Assembly: GCA_902632055.1 (NCBI GenBank)
Contig: CACPAS010000001.1
Span: forward strand, 13,434-77,433
Direction of reading: 5' to 3'
Length of the DNA: 64,000 nt
DNA from: an uncultured OCS116 cluster bacterium
GTDB lineage: Bacteria > Pseudomonadota > Alphaproteobacteria > Rhizobiales > TMED25
Part shown: positions 37,564 through 49,047 of the stretch, in pieces
How positions within the stretch are numbered: the stretch's first letter is position 1
Layout: each line of letters opens with the position of its first letter
Notes under the pieces: model-generated
Told to the model about the DNA's origin: nothing
Seen by the model: only the letters and a program-made list of their open reading frames with translations
The model's database searches: none
Position numbers and translations under genes: made by a program

Positions 37564-38333
37564 TGACGAAATTTGAGATACATCAATTTATATGCAGGAC
37601 AGATAATTATGGGGTTCTTATTTCAGATAAAAATACAGGTTTAACAATGTCTGTTGATGCTCCTGATGCTATGAAAATTGATGAAGAACTTGAAAAAAAG
37701 AAACTGAATTTAACACATCTTTTAATTACACATAAGCATCAAGATCACATTGACGGGATTGAATATTTAAAAAAAAAATACAACTGCACTGTTTTGGGCC
37801 CTGAATTAGAAAAAGATCAAATACCTCAGTTGGATATAACGCTCATCGGCGATGAATATATAGACTTCTCAGGGTCACCAATTAAAATAATAGAGACACC
37901 CGGTCATACTCTTGGTCACATCATTTTCTTTTTTGAAAGAGAGAAAATTTTATTTGCTGGTGATACACTCTTTCTGATGGGCTGCGGCAGAGTCTTTGAA
38001 GGAACTCACGAACAGATGTTTGAGTCCGTAAAAAAAATAAGAGAATTACCTGCTGACACAGTTATATATTGTGGACACGAGTACTCCATGGCAAATGCAA
38101 AATTCGCCTTATCAATTTATCCAAATAATAAAAATATTAAAAATAGATATGAATACATCCAAAAAACTGTATCAGAAAAAAAATACTGTTTGCCTACAAC
38201 TTTAGAGGTCGAATTAAATACAAACCCATTCTTATTGTATGATGATCCAGTTTTTAAAAATGAATTAGGTAAGATTAAATCAACAGACTTAGAAGTTTTC
38301 TCGGAGACTAGAACACGAAAAGATAATTTTTAG
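37563..38333 (+). CDS. gloB: hydroxyacylglutathione hydrolase (glyoxalase II)
   Basis: 256 aa. MBL motif THKHQDH, TPGHTLGH, and C-terminal GHEY. Confidence 0.9.
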   Translation: MTKFEIHQFICRTDNYGVLISDKNTGLTMSVDAPDAMKIDEELEKKKLNLTHLLITHKHQDHIDGIEYLKKKYNCTVLGPELEKDQIPQLDITLIGDEYIDFSGSPIKIIETPGHTLGHIIFFFEREKILFAGDTLFLMGCGRVFEGTHEQMFESVKKIRELPADTVIYCGHEYSMANAKFALSIYPNNKNIKNRYEYIQKTVSEKKYCLPTTLEVELNTNPFLLYDDPVFKNELGKIKSTDLEVFSETRTRKDNF

Positions 38334-39520
38334 TTATATCGTTCTACACATAAGGCGACTCCCATACCGCCTCCTACACAAAGAGAAGCAAGACCCTTTG
38401 ATGACTGCCTCTTCTCCATTTCATGTAATAGGGTGACAAGTATCCTCGCACCAGAAGCACCAACTGGATGACCTAAGGCAATGGCGCCGCCATTAACATT
38501 CAATTTTTCGGCAGGAATATTCAAATCCTTAGCGCATGCGCAAGCTTGTGAAGCGAATGCCTCATTTAATTCAAATAAATCAATATCAGTAATCTTCCAA
38601 TCTATATTTGATAATACATTATTAATTGCGGGAATTGGACCCGTTCCCATTATTGCAGGATCAACAGCCGCTTGACCCCAACCTATAATTCTAGCTAGTG
38701 GCTCCAGTCGCATTGACTTTGCTTTTGCAAATGACATTAACAAAACACCTGCAGCTCCATCATTTATTCCAGAGGCATTTGCAGCAGTTACAGTGCCACC
38801 CTCCTTCTTAAATATTGTGTTGAGAGAGGCTATATCATCCATACTAATATTTTTTCTTATATACTCGTCTTCTAACACAATTTCTATATTTTTCCGATTT
38901 TTAACATTAACAGGACAAATTTCGGCAATAAATTTTCCAGTATCTTGAGCCATCGCTGCTTTGATCTGGGAGTCGAATGCAAACTGGTCTTGCGCATCAC
39001 GTGATATCGACCATTTATCAGCAACATTTTCAGCTGTTACACCCATATGATAATTATTGAAAAAATCAATCAGTGCGTCACTAATCATTGTATCCTGCAT
39101 TTGTAAAGCACCCATTTTCTGACCTTGTCGAACATATGAAACATGAGGTGCTTGAGTCATACTTTCTTGCCCGCCGGCAATTAATATCCGACTGTTGTCC
39201 TCCTTTATCTGCTGGTACGCAATTATCACAGATCTTAATCCAGATGCGCAGAGCTGATTAATTAACCAAGCTGGTGTCTCAAATGGTATACCAGCATCAA
39301 TTGCTGCTTGCCTCGCCGGATTTTGTCCTTGTCCTGCCGTTAATATTTGACCAAGTATTACTTCATTAATATCGGACGCCTTAATATTTGTCTTTTCTAA
39401 TAGTGATTGAATAACTGCAGAGCCTAGTTTATAGGGTGCGACATCCCGGAAACTTCCATTAAAGCTTCCAATAGCAGTCCTTGAAGCTGCAACTATAACT
39501 GTGTCTGAGTCTTGATACAC
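38330..39520 (-). CDS. acetyl-CoA C-acetyltransferase (thiolase II)
   Basis: 396 aa with a GTG start. Active-site NQLCASG, NEAFA, GGAIALGHPVGASG and CVGGGMG blocks. Confidence 0.95.
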   Translation of the reverse strand: MYQDSDTVIVAASRTAIGSFNGSFRDVAPYKLGSAVIQSLLEKTNIKASDINEVILGQILTAGQGQNPARQAAIDAGIPFETPAWLINQLCASGLRSVIIAYQQIKEDNSRILIAGGQESMTQAPHVSYVRQGQKMGALQMQDTMISDALIDFFNNYHMGVTAENVADKWSISRDAQDQFAFDSQIKAAMAQDTGKFIAEICPVNVKNRKNIEIVLEDEYIRKNISMDDIASLNTIFKKEGGTVTAANASGINDGAAGVLLMSFAKAKSMRLEPLARIIGWGQAAVDPAIMGTGPIPAINNVLSNIDWKITDIDLFELNEAFASQACACAKDLNIPAEKLNVNGGAIALGHPVGASGARILVTLLHEMEKRQSSKGLASLCVGGGMGVALCVERYN

Positions 39521-39523
39521 TTA

Positions 39524-40753
39524 TTACCCTTTATTGATAATTATTTCTGAGCTCTTCTTTTCACTAATATCTGCCCTTAAAGTCATAAAAATAACTAAAA
39601 GACTTAATGGTAAGCATAATATATTCATAATTTCCCAACCTGCGAGTGTCAACATAAAACCTGCCGATAGGCTTGCTATTGCTTGCATTGAAAAGACAAC
39701 GATTTCATTGAAACCTTGGGCTCTAAACTTTTCCTCTTCTCTGTATGAAATCACCAAGAGACTTGTTGAGGTAATGAACAGAAAATTCCATCCAATTCCC
39801 AAAAATGTCAGGGCTATAAGATAATTGATATAAGTTGTTTCAAAATAACTCAAAAATATTGTTAACACGAAAAATAATACCCCTGCATAAATTATATTAC
39901 TGTGACCGAATTTCTTTATTAACCTTCCAGTGAATAATGATGGCAGAAACATCCCAATTATGTGGAATTGGATAACAATCTTTGTACTTTCGAGTGAATA
40001 TCCATGATGATGGTGCATACTGAGAGGTGTTGCTGTCATCAAAAATGACATAATGGCATATGACATCGCGGCAACAACTATAGCTTGACTAAATCTATAG
40101 GAATTCAGTAATTCAATATACGTTCTTCCAGCAACAATCTTCTTTTCACTTTTTACAGCCATTTTTGGATTATAAAATATCAAAGCTAAAACTGGTAAAA
40201 ATGTCATGACAGATAGAGCAACATAAGGGCCTACAAAAATATGCTCAGGTATGAGATTTTGAGAATATACTGCAATATTCGGTCCAAGTAGAGCCGAAAA
40301 TATACCTGCCAGCATTATAACTGAAATTGCTCTGGGTATCATATCTTGACTAACTGACTCTGCCGCTGCAAATCTATATTGGTGAGTAAATGCAAGACCA
40401 TTTCCAATGGCAAAGCAAGATAGACAATAAAAGGGAAAAATACCAAAATAAATTGATATTGCTGCTATCAGCGAAGATATTGATGTATAAATTGCAGCAT
40501 ATATAAAACCTCTTTTTCTGCCAATCCTACTCATTATCTTGGAGGCAATCATTGTTGAACTTGCAAGACCAATCACCATCGAAGCCGTTGGTAGTGTTGA
40601 AAGTGTGGTTAATGATGTGAGGGTTGAACCAATAATACCGCTTAAAAAGATAGTCACAGGCGCTGCGGTAAAACCGAATATTTGAGCTATAATTATTAAA
40701 ATTAAATTTTTGTTATACATTCTTTTTAGAACATGTTTTTGAATATATAACAA
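39524..40753 (-). CDS. MFS transporter
   Basis: 409 aa, 12 predicted TM helices, with an MSRIGRKRG loop between TM2 and TM3 (MFS signature-like). Confidence 0.8.
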   Translation of the reverse strand: MLYIQKHVLKRMYNKNLILIIIAQIFGFTAAPVTIFLSGIIGSTLTSLTTLSTLPTASMVIGLASSTMIASKIMSRIGRKRGFIYAAIYTSISSLIAAISIYFGIFPFYCLSCFAIGNGLAFTHQYRFAAAESVSQDMIPRAISVIMLAGIFSALLGPNIAVYSQNLIPEHIFVGPYVALSVMTFLPVLALIFYNPKMAVKSEKKIVAGRTYIELLNSYRFSQAIVVAAMSYAIMSFLMTATPLSMHHHHGYSLESTKIVIQFHIIGMFLPSLFTGRLIKKFGHSNIIYAGVLFFVLTIFLSYFETTYINYLIALTFLGIGWNFLFITSTSLLVISYREEEKFRAQGFNEIVVFSMQAIASLSAGFMLTLAGWEIMNILCLPLSLLVIFMTLRADISEKKSSEIIINKG

Positions 40754-40780
40754 CTTATTTGAACAGATGTCTATTGATTA

Positions 40781-42238
40781 TTATGTACCACAAAATGTTT
40801 GATATATTCGTTCCCTTGGTCCAGGTGGCGTCCGGTAAGACTCTAATTTATTATCTGTCTTGTAGGGGTTTTGTAATACATCAAGAAAATCTCTAAAATA
40901 TTCTAAATCACCGTTAGCCGCTGCGTTTATTATTCTCTCAACTTGATGATTCCTTGGTATTATAAAAGGATTACTGGTTCTCATCATAGACGCAGAAGTA
41001 TCCCAAGGTTTATTATTTTTCTGTAATCTTTGTTTCCATTGATTATGCCAATTTTGAAAAGATGATACTTGATAGATTTTTTCTGTTGGTTTTATACTTT
41101 CACTTAGATCACGAAAGGTATTTGTAAAATCAGCATCATTATTATGCATCCATTCAAAGAGATCTTTGATTAACATTTGGTCTTCAGGTTGATCACCATA
41201 TAAACCGAGCTTTGAGCGCATCATAGATAGCCATTTTTGCTGGTATATGACAGGAAATTGATCAATTAACTTTTCACCTAAATTTACTGCATTATCAAAG
41301 TTATTATCTATCAGCGGTATTAGTGCCTCTATTAATCTTGCCAAATTCCACTGCGCGATCAACGGCTGGTTCATAAATGAATATCTACCCCCCCTATCAA
41401 TTGAGCTAAAAAATGTATTTGGATCATAATTATCCATAAAAGCACAGGGTCCATAGTCAATTGTTTCACCAGATAGAGTCATATTATCGGTATTCATAAC
41501 ACCATGAATAAAGCCAACGCGCATCCAATGAACGATTAAATCAGCTTGTTTTTCCATTATATTTTCAATGAGACCAATTGCCTTATTTGGGTAATCTAAA
41601 ACTTCGGGATAGTGTCTTTTTATGGTGTAATCTAGCAATGCTTCCAATAAATCCTTATTTTCATGGTTTGCTGCAAACTCGAAAGTACCAACTCTAATAT
41701 GTGAGCTTGCAAGACGCGTTAATATTGCACCGGGTAATAAAGTTTCGCGTCTCACCTCTTGACCGGTCGTTATAATTGCAAGACTTCTTGTCGTTGGAAT
41801 ACCTAAATTGTGCATCGCTTCAGAAATAAGATATTCTCGTATCATTGGTCCAAGCGCAGCCTTCCCGTCTCCACTTCTCGAATATGGGGTTTTTCCTGAT
41901 CCTTTAAATTGTACGTCTAATCTTATCCCATTTGGTGTAATATGTTCCCCCAAAAGGTGAGCTCGACCATCGCCTAACATTGTAAAATATCCAAACTGAT
42001 GACCTGCGTAAGCCTGTGATAAAGGTGTTGAACCATCTGGTAAATCATTACCGGAAAATAGGTTTGAAAGATCTTTTTGTGTGGTTGAATTCAAATTTAC
42101 GCCAATTTCTTCGGCAAGTTTATAGTTTATATTGACGATTCTTGGATACTCAACATGATCAGGTTGAAGTCTGGTAAAAAATTGTTTAGGTAAACTTGTG
42201 TATGTCGTATCAAAATTAAAGTTATATGTTGCAGCCAT
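40781..42238 (-). CDS. selO: protein adenylyltransferase SelO (YdiU)
   Basis: 485 aa. QAYAGHQFG, LGDGRA, KGSGKTPYSR, HGVMNTDN and the C-terminal FCGT Cys motif typical of bacterial SelO. Confidence 0.9.
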   Translation of the reverse strand: MAATYNFNFDTTYTSLPKQFFTRLQPDHVEYPRIVNINYKLAEEIGVNLNSTTQKDLSNLFSGNDLPDGSTPLSQAYAGHQFGYFTMLGDGRAHLLGEHITPNGIRLDVQFKGSGKTPYSRSGDGKAALGPMIREYLISEAMHNLGIPTTRSLAIITTGQEVRRETLLPGAILTRLASSHIRVGTFEFAANHENKDLLEALLDYTIKRHYPEVLDYPNKAIGLIENIMEKQADLIVHWMRVGFIHGVMNTDNMTLSGETIDYGPCAFMDNYDPNTFFSSIDRGGRYSFMNQPLIAQWNLARLIEALIPLIDNNFDNAVNLGEKLIDQFPVIYQQKWLSMMRSKLGLYGDQPEDQMLIKDLFEWMHNNDADFTNTFRDLSESIKPTEKIYQVSSFQNWHNQWKQRLQKNNKPWDTSASMMRTSNPFIIPRNHQVERIINAAANGDLEYFRDFLDVLQNPYKTDNKLESYRTPPGPRERIYQTFCGT

Positions 42239-42239
42239 A

Positions 42240-42620
42240 TTAATGTCCCGGGTTTATTGCAAAATCTTTTAATATTTCAAGAGGAACATATTTTAGAGCT
42301 GCTTTATCACATGCCTCTAGGATTACTGCTGGTGCCAGACCTTCCTCCCATGCCTCTTTCCATCTTAAAGCACAAAGACACCATCGATCCCCGGGTAATA
42401 AGCCGGGAAAATTATATTGGGGTCTGGGAGTTGATAGATCATTGCCGCGACTCTTTGAAAACTCAAGAAATCCAGCCGTCACCTCAGCACAAATAACATG
42501 ACTACCCAGATCAGTATCATCTGTTCTACAATATCCATCCCTAAAGTATCCAGTTTTTGGCGCATGGCAGCATGATTGAAGTGGCCCACCCAAAACATTT
42601 TGCTTAATTTCTGTACTCAT
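42240..42620 (-). CDS. DUF2237 family protein
   Basis: 126 aa. Cys-rich N-terminus [15 protein letters not shown] and later RWCLCALRW, as I recall for DUF2237. 1 nt downstream of... upstream gene order is DUF2237 then selO. Confidence 0.7.
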   Translation of the reverse strand: MSTEIKQNVLGGPLQSCCHAPKTGYFRDGYCRTDDTDLGSHVICAEVTAGFLEFSKSRGNDLSTPRPQYNFPGLLPGDRWCLCALRWKEAWEEGLAPAVILEACDKAALKYVPLEILKDFAINPGH

Positions 42621-42675
42621 TCTTATCTCTAATCTCTGCTTATAAATTGTTACACATAATTATATATATTTCAAA

Positions 42676-42765
42676 TGGCGGAGAGAGAGGGATTCGAACC
42701 CTCGATAGTATTGCTACTATACACGCGTTCCAGGCGTGCGCCTTAAACCACTCGGCCACCTCTCC
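42676..42765 (-). tRNA. tRNA-Ser (anticodon GGA), class II, CCA encoded
   Basis: The reverse complement reads GGAGAGGTGGCCGAGTGGTTTAAGGCGCACGCCTGGAACGCGTGTATAGTAGCAATACTATCGAGGGTTCGAATCCCTCTCTCTCCGCCA. Anticodon loop CTGGAAC, long variable arm, GGTTCGAATCC T-arm. Confidence 0.9.
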
Positions 42766-42774
42766 ATGAATAAA

Positions 42775-43641
42775 TTATTCCATTGATATTTTTTTACATG
42801 ATTTTGGTAAATCAGACAACAACATCCATTTACGTATTTTTGTTGAGTTTGACTCAAAAAGCTTATCTTTCCTCATCCAAAAATCTAATTCACTCCCACA
42901 TCCACTGGAATCATTTACTTCAGCTTGATTGATACATAGTTCGGAGTCCACAGGGCAACTCAATCGAACATGGAAATGTTTATAGTGACCCGCCCAAGGT
43001 CGTATCTTTTTTAACCAATCCATATCATCATTCTCTTCTGCCCTGATACAAAGTTTTTTCTTAATCAATGGATTAACAAAAATTCTTGTCACGATATCAT
43101 CCTTTGATGCAATTTTTAGTAAATCATAATGGTAATCTGACCATAATAGCTCGTTTATTTCTCTTTGATTTGGAGATAAAACAGACCTTGGTTTGAAAGT
43201 CTCAAGTTCATACCTGTTCATTGCCAAATCCGGTTTTTTTTCAAAATAAATATCAACATCGAGGCCAGTCTGATGACTTTTGTGCCCATATGGCATGGGT
43301 CCACCTCTTGGCATTGATAAATCTCCTAAAATAAGCCCATTTCCGTGAATTTCAAAAACCTCTTTTGATGTATTCTTTATATATCTTATTAGATTTGGAT
43401 GACCCCAAAATCTATTTCTTGATGGTCTTAGGGCCTCATAGTGAAGACTGTGGTTTGGGAGGTATTCAGCACCTGATAGGCAACCTTTTGAGTAAGAGCC
43501 GATACTCTTCGCTTCAGAATTAGTTTCAGTTCTTATTTTATGGAATATCTCACTTGCAAATTCTTTTGATAAAACCAAGTCTGTGTTGGCAAAGTAGATA
43601 AGGATAAGCAAAATTAGCCTAACTGAAAAACTTTTCATCAT
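42775..43641 (-). CDS. mepA: penicillin-insensitive murein endopeptidase
   Basis: Strong by-eye match to E. coli MepA (SIGSYSKGC, HKSHQTGLDVDI, TRIFVNP, HFHVRLSCP). The start at MMKSF (43641) gives a signal peptide and removes the overlap with lepA. The ORF track starts at 43680. Confidence 0.85.
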   Translation of the reverse strand: MMKSFSVRLILLILIYFANTDLVLSKEFASEIFHKIRTETNSEAKSIGSYSKGCLSGAEYLPNHSLHYEALRPSRNRFWGHPNLIRYIKNTSKEVFEIHGNGLILGDLSMPRGGPMPYGHKSHQTGLDVDIYFEKKPDLAMNRYELETFKPRSVLSPNQREINELLWSDYHYDLLKIASKDDIVTRIFVNPLIKKKLCIRAEENDDMDWLKKIRPWAGHYKHFHVRLSCPVDSELCINQAEVNDSSGCGSELDFWMRKDKLFESNSTKIRKWMLLSDLPKSCKKISME

Positions 43642-43654
43642 CGCAAATCTCAGA

Positions 43655-45481
43655 TTAATAATCAGCTTTGAGCGCTGCAATAAAGGCTTCTTGGGGGATC
43701 TCTACTTTTCCATATTTTCTCATCTTCTTTTTACCTTTCTTCTGCTTTTCAAGTAGCTTTCTTTTACGTGTCACATCGCCACCATAGCATTTTGCAGTAA
43801 CATCCTTTCTAACAGCAGATATTGTCTCTCTAGCAATAACCTTACCGCCAATGGCTGCTTGCAGAGGTATTTTGAACAGATGTCGTGGAATTAAATCTTT
43901 TAATTTTTCTATTATGACTCTTCCCCGATTTTCTGCAACGCTTCTATGAACGATCATTGCCAATGCATCAACGGACTCCTCATTGACCAAAATTTGCATT
44001 TTTACAAGATCAGATGCATCATAATTTGCTATTGAGTAGTCAAAGCTAGCGTATCCTTTTGAAATTGATTTTAATTTGTCGTAAAAATCAAACACAACCT
44101 CATTTAATGGAATTTGGTAAGTGATAACAGCACGGTTACCTGAGAAATTTAACTCTTTCTGCACTCCTCTACGTTCCTCACAAAGATTCAATATTGCTCC
44201 AAGATATTCCTCAGGCACAATGATAGATGCATCAATCCATGGCTCTTCTATTTTTGATATTCTCTCTTGAGGGGGCAAATCAACTGGATTATGTAAATCG
44301 ATTACTCTACCATCGGTAGTGTGAACTTTATAAATAACGCTCGGCGCAGTTGTAACCAAATCAATATTATATTCTCTATCAATCCTTTCACAGATAATCT
44401 CGAGGTGTAATAGTCCTAAAAAACCACAACGATAGCCCAACCCCAGAGCAGCTGAGGTTTCTTTTTCATATTGAAAGCTTGCGTCATTGAGACTTAACTT
44501 CTCAATCGAGTCTCTCAAGCCATCAAAATCTGACGTATCTTGGGGATACAGACCACAAAAAACAACTGGTTGCGAAGGCTTGAAACCATCAAGTGGATCA
44601 ACATCGAGAGCCTTTGCGTCCGTAATAGTATCTCCAACCCTCATATCTGAAACTTGTTTTATGGATGCAGTAAAGAAACCTATTTCACCAGGACCAAGCA
44701 CTTCTTGCATTTTTTGTTTTGGCTGAAAGACCCCAATTCTTTCTATTTGGTATGTCGCAGAGTTGGATAGAAGTTTAATTTTTTGTCCTTTTTTGATAGA
44801 TCCATCGTAAACTCTAACTAAAACAACAACACCCAAATATGTATCATACCAAGAGTCAACGAGTAGTGCTTTGGTTGTACGTTTTATATCTCCAGATGGT
44901 GGCGGAAGCTTCACGGTGATTTTTTCAAGCAGATCACTGATTCCGTAACCTGTTTTCGCTGAAATTTCAATTGCATCACTTGTATCTAATCCAATAACAT
45001 CCTCAATTTGAGCTTTTACTCGTTCAGGATCCGCAGCTGGTAAGTCAACCTTATTTAAAACAACTAAAATTTCATGATTATTGGCAATAGACTGATATAC
45101 ATTTGCAAGGGTCTGCGCTTCGACCCCTTGACTGGCATCAACTACTAATATGGAACCTTCACAAGCCGCAAGAGATCTATTAACTTCATATGCAAAATCT
45201 ACATGTCCGGGTGTATCAATGATATTTAGTGTAAATTCTTCATTCTCGTTACTGTTGTATTTTAAGCTTACCGACTGTGCTTTAATTGTTATTCCGCGCT
45301 CTCTCTCAAGCTCCATTGAGTCAAGAACTTGATCCTTCATTTCTCTTTGCTCAAGACCCCCTGTGATTTGAATCAACCTATCAGCAAGCGTTGATTTGCC
45401 GTGATCAATATGAGCAATTATGGAAAAATTTCTGATCTTGGATAGATTATGCATTTCATTGGAATTTTTAGAGGAGTCCAT
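43655..45481 (-). CDS. lepA: translation elongation factor 4
   Basis: 608 aa. [21 protein letters not shown]1 motif, [12 protein letters not shown], and the LepA-specific C-terminal domain. The start could instead be the internal Met at 45454. Confidence 0.97.
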   Translation of the reverse strand: MDSSKNSNEMHNLSKIRNFSIIAHIDHGKSTLADRLIQITGGLEQREMKDQVLDSMELERERGITIKAQSVSLKYNSNENEEFTLNIIDTPGHVDFAYEVNRSLAACEGSILVVDASQGVEAQTLANVYQSIANNHEILVVLNKVDLPAADPERVKAQIEDVIGLDTSDAIEISAKTGYGISDLLEKITVKLPPPSGDIKRTTKALLVDSWYDTYLGVVVLVRVYDGSIKKGQKIKLLSNSATYQIERIGVFQPKQKMQEVLGPGEIGFFTASIKQVSDMRVGDTITDAKALDVDPLDGFKPSQPVVFCGLYPQDTSDFDGLRDSIEKLSLNDASFQYEKETSAALGLGYRCGFLGLLHLEIICERIDREYNIDLVTTAPSVIYKVHTTDGRVIDLHNPVDLPPQERISKIEEPWIDASIIVPEEYLGAILNLCEERRGVQKELNFSGNRAVITYQIPLNEVVFDFYDKLKSISKGYASFDYSIANYDASDLVKMQILVNEESVDALAMIVHRSVAENRGRVIIEKLKDLIPRHLFKIPLQAAIGGKVIARETISAVRKDVTAKCYGGDVTRKRKLLEKQKKGKKKMRKYGKVEIPQEAFIAALKADY

Positions 45482-45483
45482 AT

Positions 45484-47892
45484 TTATGATCTAATTTCAG
45501 CTTCGAATTTGTTCTCTACTTCAGATATAATCATTGTTGATATTTCTTCAATTTCTTGATCCGTCAATGTTTTTTCATATGATTGTATTATAACATTAAT
45601 CCCAATTGATTTCTTATTTTTTGGTATATTTTTCCCAGAATAAATATCGAAAACCTTAATATCTTCAATCATGGTGTTTTTAATTCTTTTTATTACATGA
45701 AGAATTTCTTCAGCTTTTTTATCGATGTTTACCACAAAGGCGAAATCACGTGAAACTGGCATAAAATTACTTACTGAAAATCCCTGTCTCACTTTTAATT
45801 TGGCTCTAGTCTTTGATGATATTTTATCCATAAATACCTCGAAAGCGAATATTGGGCAGTCTATGTCAAGGTTTTGCAAGATGGTTGGGTGAATTTCACC
45901 AAAATGACCTAAAATATTTAGTGGGCCCTGTCTTATTACACCAGACTTACCTGGATGAAAGTATTGTGGAGCATCTTGAGTAATTTTGTAGTTACTATCT
46001 TCTATGCCTTGTGATCTTAAAATTGAAACTATATCCTCTTTTACATCAAATGTGTCATAATCTCGTGAATTGCCTCTCCAGTCACTATCTCCCCCATGTG
46101 AGATTGCTTTCCCAAGCCTAATCCCAGATGTAAACTCAAATTGATCTTCTTCATTAACTCCATTATAGCAGTGGCTTACCTCAAATAGTGATATATCTCT
46201 TTGACCTTTATCTAAATTTTTTTTAACCGATAACAATAAACTTGGCATTAAAAGCTGCCGCATCACATTCATCTCCATCGATATCGGATTTAATAAACGC
46301 AAATCATCATTGACTTCATAAAAAAGTTTTGCGTATTTATCCGAAATAAATGAGTAGCTTACTGTTTCCATCATACCTCTACTTGCTAAAACCCTCTTTA
46401 TGTTGAGCCTAATTTTTTGAGTTCTATTTATTTTCTTGGGTGACACACCAATAGATTTTTTTAGCGGAATTGGCTTTATATTATCAGTTCCCTTGATCCG
46501 CATTATTTCCTCGACAATACATGCATTTTCAGAAATGTCATGTCTCCAAGATGGAACAGTGACTTCGATTACACCTTTTTTTTCTATCAACGAAAACCCT
46601 AACCCTGTAAGAATATTATTTATCTCAGTTTTTTTGAATGATACACCAAGAAGCCTTGATACTTCGTCTAAGTTAAAATTTATCTTTTCTTGATAATCTT
46701 GTGGCTTTCCAACAGATTTTATTTTTGAGTTTTCGCCTCCACATATTTGATTTATCATCTCAACGGCTTTATCCAAACCTTTATCAATAAATCCTCTGTC
46801 TATTCCCCTCTCATTTCTATACCTTGCATCGGAGTTAATATTTAACTCCCTTCCCGTATTTGCGATATTAATTTTGTCCCATATCGCGCTCTCAACCAAA
46901 ACATTTACAGTGTCATAATCGCATCCAGTTCTTTTCCCACCAATAATACCTGAGATCGACTCTGGATTATTATTATCTGTAAAAATAGTATGAGTTCGAT
47001 TGAGCTCATACTCTTTATCATCAAGCGCAAGAATCGTATCGCCAGCTTTTGCTTTTCTTATCTCCAAGCCCTTAGTGATTTTATCATAATCAAATACATG
47101 CAAAGGGCGATTCAAATCATATGTGAGGTAGTTTGTCACATCAACAAGCGCATTAATAGGCCTCAATCCTATTGCCTCCAATCTATTCTTCAGCCATTTT
47201 GGCGAGTCACAATTTTTAACATTTTTTATTAATCTAAAGCTTGCATATATATTGCTTTCGGCATCTTTATTTATTTTTATCTCTTTTTTAATATCATACT
47301 GGCCAATAATCTTCTTAAATTTAAGGGGCTTTAATTTACCCATATTAGCCGCACTTAAATCACGAGCGATACCCCTTACACCAAGTGCATCCGCCCTGTT
47401 AGGTGTAATAGAGATTTCAATTACGGGGTCTGAGATATTAATTTGTTCGTAAATATTTGTACCAATTTCAGATTTTGGATTGAGCTCCAAAATACCATCA
47501 TGCTCATCAGATAGTGATAATTCTCTCTCAGAAAGGAGCATTCCACATGATTCTATACCTCGGATCTTTGTAGCTTGTAGGGTCATTGATAATCCCGGAA
47601 TGTATGAGCCTTGTGGGGCATAAACTGCTTTCATACCTTTTCTTACATTATTAGCACCACAAATGACTTCTTGTGTTCCGTTAACAGTATTTAAGGTACA
47701 GATTTTTAACTTATCAGCATCTGGATGTTTCTTTATGTTTGAGATCTCACACACCGTGAAATCTTTGTAAATTTCAGATGGATCAAAAACATCCTCAACT
47801 TCGAGCCCTATCATATTTAATTTATCACAAATCTGATCCAAACTGGCATTTGTATTCAGGTGATCTTTTAGCCATGACAATGTAAATTTCAT
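45484..47892 (-). CDS. pheT: phenylalanine--tRNA ligase beta subunit
   Basis: 802 aa. [13 protein letters not shown]-terminus, tRNA-binding, B3/4, B5 and FDX-ACB domains in order. 4-nt overlap with pheS. Confidence 0.97.
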   Translation of the reverse strand: MKFTLSWLKDHLNTNASLDQICDKLNMIGLEVEDVFDPSEIYKDFTVCEISNIKKHPDADKLKICTLNTVNGTQEVICGANNVRKGMKAVYAPQGSYIPGLSMTLQATKIRGIESCGMLLSERELSLSDEHDGILELNPKSEIGTNIYEQINISDPVIEISITPNRADALGVRGIARDLSAANMGKLKPLKFKKIIGQYDIKKEIKINKDAESNIYASFRLIKNVKNCDSPKWLKNRLEAIGLRPINALVDVTNYLTYDLNRPLHVFDYDKITKGLEIRKAKAGDTILALDDKEYELNRTHTIFTDNNNPESISGIIGGKRTGCDYDTVNVLVESAIWDKINIANTGRELNINSDARYRNERGIDRGFIDKGLDKAVEMINQICGGENSKIKSVGKPQDYQEKINFNLDEVSRLLGVSFKKTEINNILTGLGFSLIEKKGVIEVTVPSWRHDISENACIVEEIMRIKGTDNIKPIPLKKSIGVSPKKINRTQKIRLNIKRVLASRGMMETVSYSFISDKYAKLFYEVNDDLRLLNPISMEMNVMRQLLMPSLLLSVKKNLDKGQRDISLFEVSHCYNGVNEEDQFEFTSGIRLGKAISHGGDSDWRGNSRDYDTFDVKEDIVSILRSQGIEDSNYKITQDAPQYFHPGKSGVIRQGPLNILGHFGEIHPTILQNLDIDCPIFAFEVFMDKISSKTRAKLKVRQGFSVSNFMPVSRDFAFVVNIDKKAEEILHVIKRIKNTMIEDIKVFDIYSGKNIPKNKKSIGINVIIQSYEKTLTDQEIEEISTMIISEVENKFEAEIRS

Positions 47893-48977
47893 TCAGACAA
47901 CCCCCTTGATAGAGAAGGTATATTAAGCGCTCGAAAACCATAATGCCTTAGCCAACGCAGATCTGAGTCAAAGAAGGATCTAAGGTCTGTCATGCCGTAT
48001 TTAAGCATAGCTAAGCGATCTATCCCTAAGCCAAATGCAAATCCTTTGTATTTGCTTGGATCTAAACTAACATTTCTTAAAACCTGAGGGTGGACCATCC
48101 CACTGCCTAAAACTTCGAGCCAGTCATTGCCTTCCCCCACTATAAGACGATTTTTATCTTTTTGACATGCAATATCAACTTCGAGTGATGGCTCTGTAAA
48201 TGGGAAATAACTCGGTCTAAGCCGCATTTTTATATTATCAACTTCAAAAAAAGCCTTACAAAACTCTTCTAAGCACCATTTAAGCTGCCCCATATTTGCT
48301 TCTTCATCTATAACTAACCCTTCTACCTGATGAAACATAGGTGTATGTGTTTGGTCTGAGTCTGACCTGTATGTTCTACCCGGAGCTATGATCCTTATCG
48401 GTGGCTCCTCACGCATCATTGTTCTTATCTGAACTGGACTAGTGTGAGTTCTGAGCAGCCTTGCATTACCATCTTTTCCTGGTAAATAAAAAGTATCAAC
48501 CATCTGCCTAGCGGGATGGCTTTCGGGAATGTTTAGCGAGTTAAAATTATGATGTTCATCTTCAATATCAGGACCTTCAGCTATGTTAAAGCCCATGTCT
48601 GAAAATATTTCTATTATCTCTTCGGTTACCTGACTGATTGGATGAATTTTACCATTTTCAAGATTTGTACTTGTAAGAGGAAGAGTTACATCGATTGCGT
48701 CTTGGCTTATTTTTTTTGTAATCTCTGCTTGCTGCAGTGCAGATTTACATATCTCAATCTCGTCAGTAATTTGCTTCTTTAGTGCATTCACTTGTTCGCC
48801 AAAATCCTTACGAACTTCAATTGTTTGGGATGAGATATTTTTTAGCAGTGACGTTATAGCACCTTTTTTTCCGAGAGCAGAAACTCTTATGTTATCAAGT
48901 TGATCCAATGACTTAATATTATTAATCTCCTTCAAGAGCTTTGCTTTTAAATTTGAAATATCTTGGAATTTACTCAT
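47889..48977 (-). CDS. pheS: phenylalanine--tRNA ligase alpha subunit
   Basis: The ATG at 48977 (MSKFQDISNLK...) is preferred to the TTG at 48995. Class-II motifs are present (RTHTSPVQIR, FRPSYFPFTEPS, GFAFGLGIDRLAM). Confidence 0.95.
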   Translation of the reverse strand: MSKFQDISNLKAKLLKEINNIKSLDQLDNIRVSALGKKGAITSLLKNISSQTIEVRKDFGEQVNALKKQITDEIEICKSALQQAEITKKISQDAIDVTLPLTSTNLENGKIHPISQVTEEIIEIFSDMGFNIAEGPDIEDEHHNFNSLNIPESHPARQMVDTFYLPGKDGNARLLRTHTSPVQIRTMMREEPPIRIIAPGRTYRSDSDQTHTPMFHQVEGLVIDEEANMGQLKWCLEEFCKAFFEVDNIKMRLRPSYFPFTEPSLEVDIACQKDKNRLIVGEGNDWLEVLGSGMVHPQVLRNVSLDPSKYKGFAFGLGIDRLAMLKYGMTDLRSFFDSDLRWLRHYGFRALNIPSLSRGLSE

Positions 48978-49047
48978 ACGCAAAGAACCTATCAATTATT
49001 ACAATAGAAATATTACGACATTTAGATAAATGAATGGTAAATAGAAT

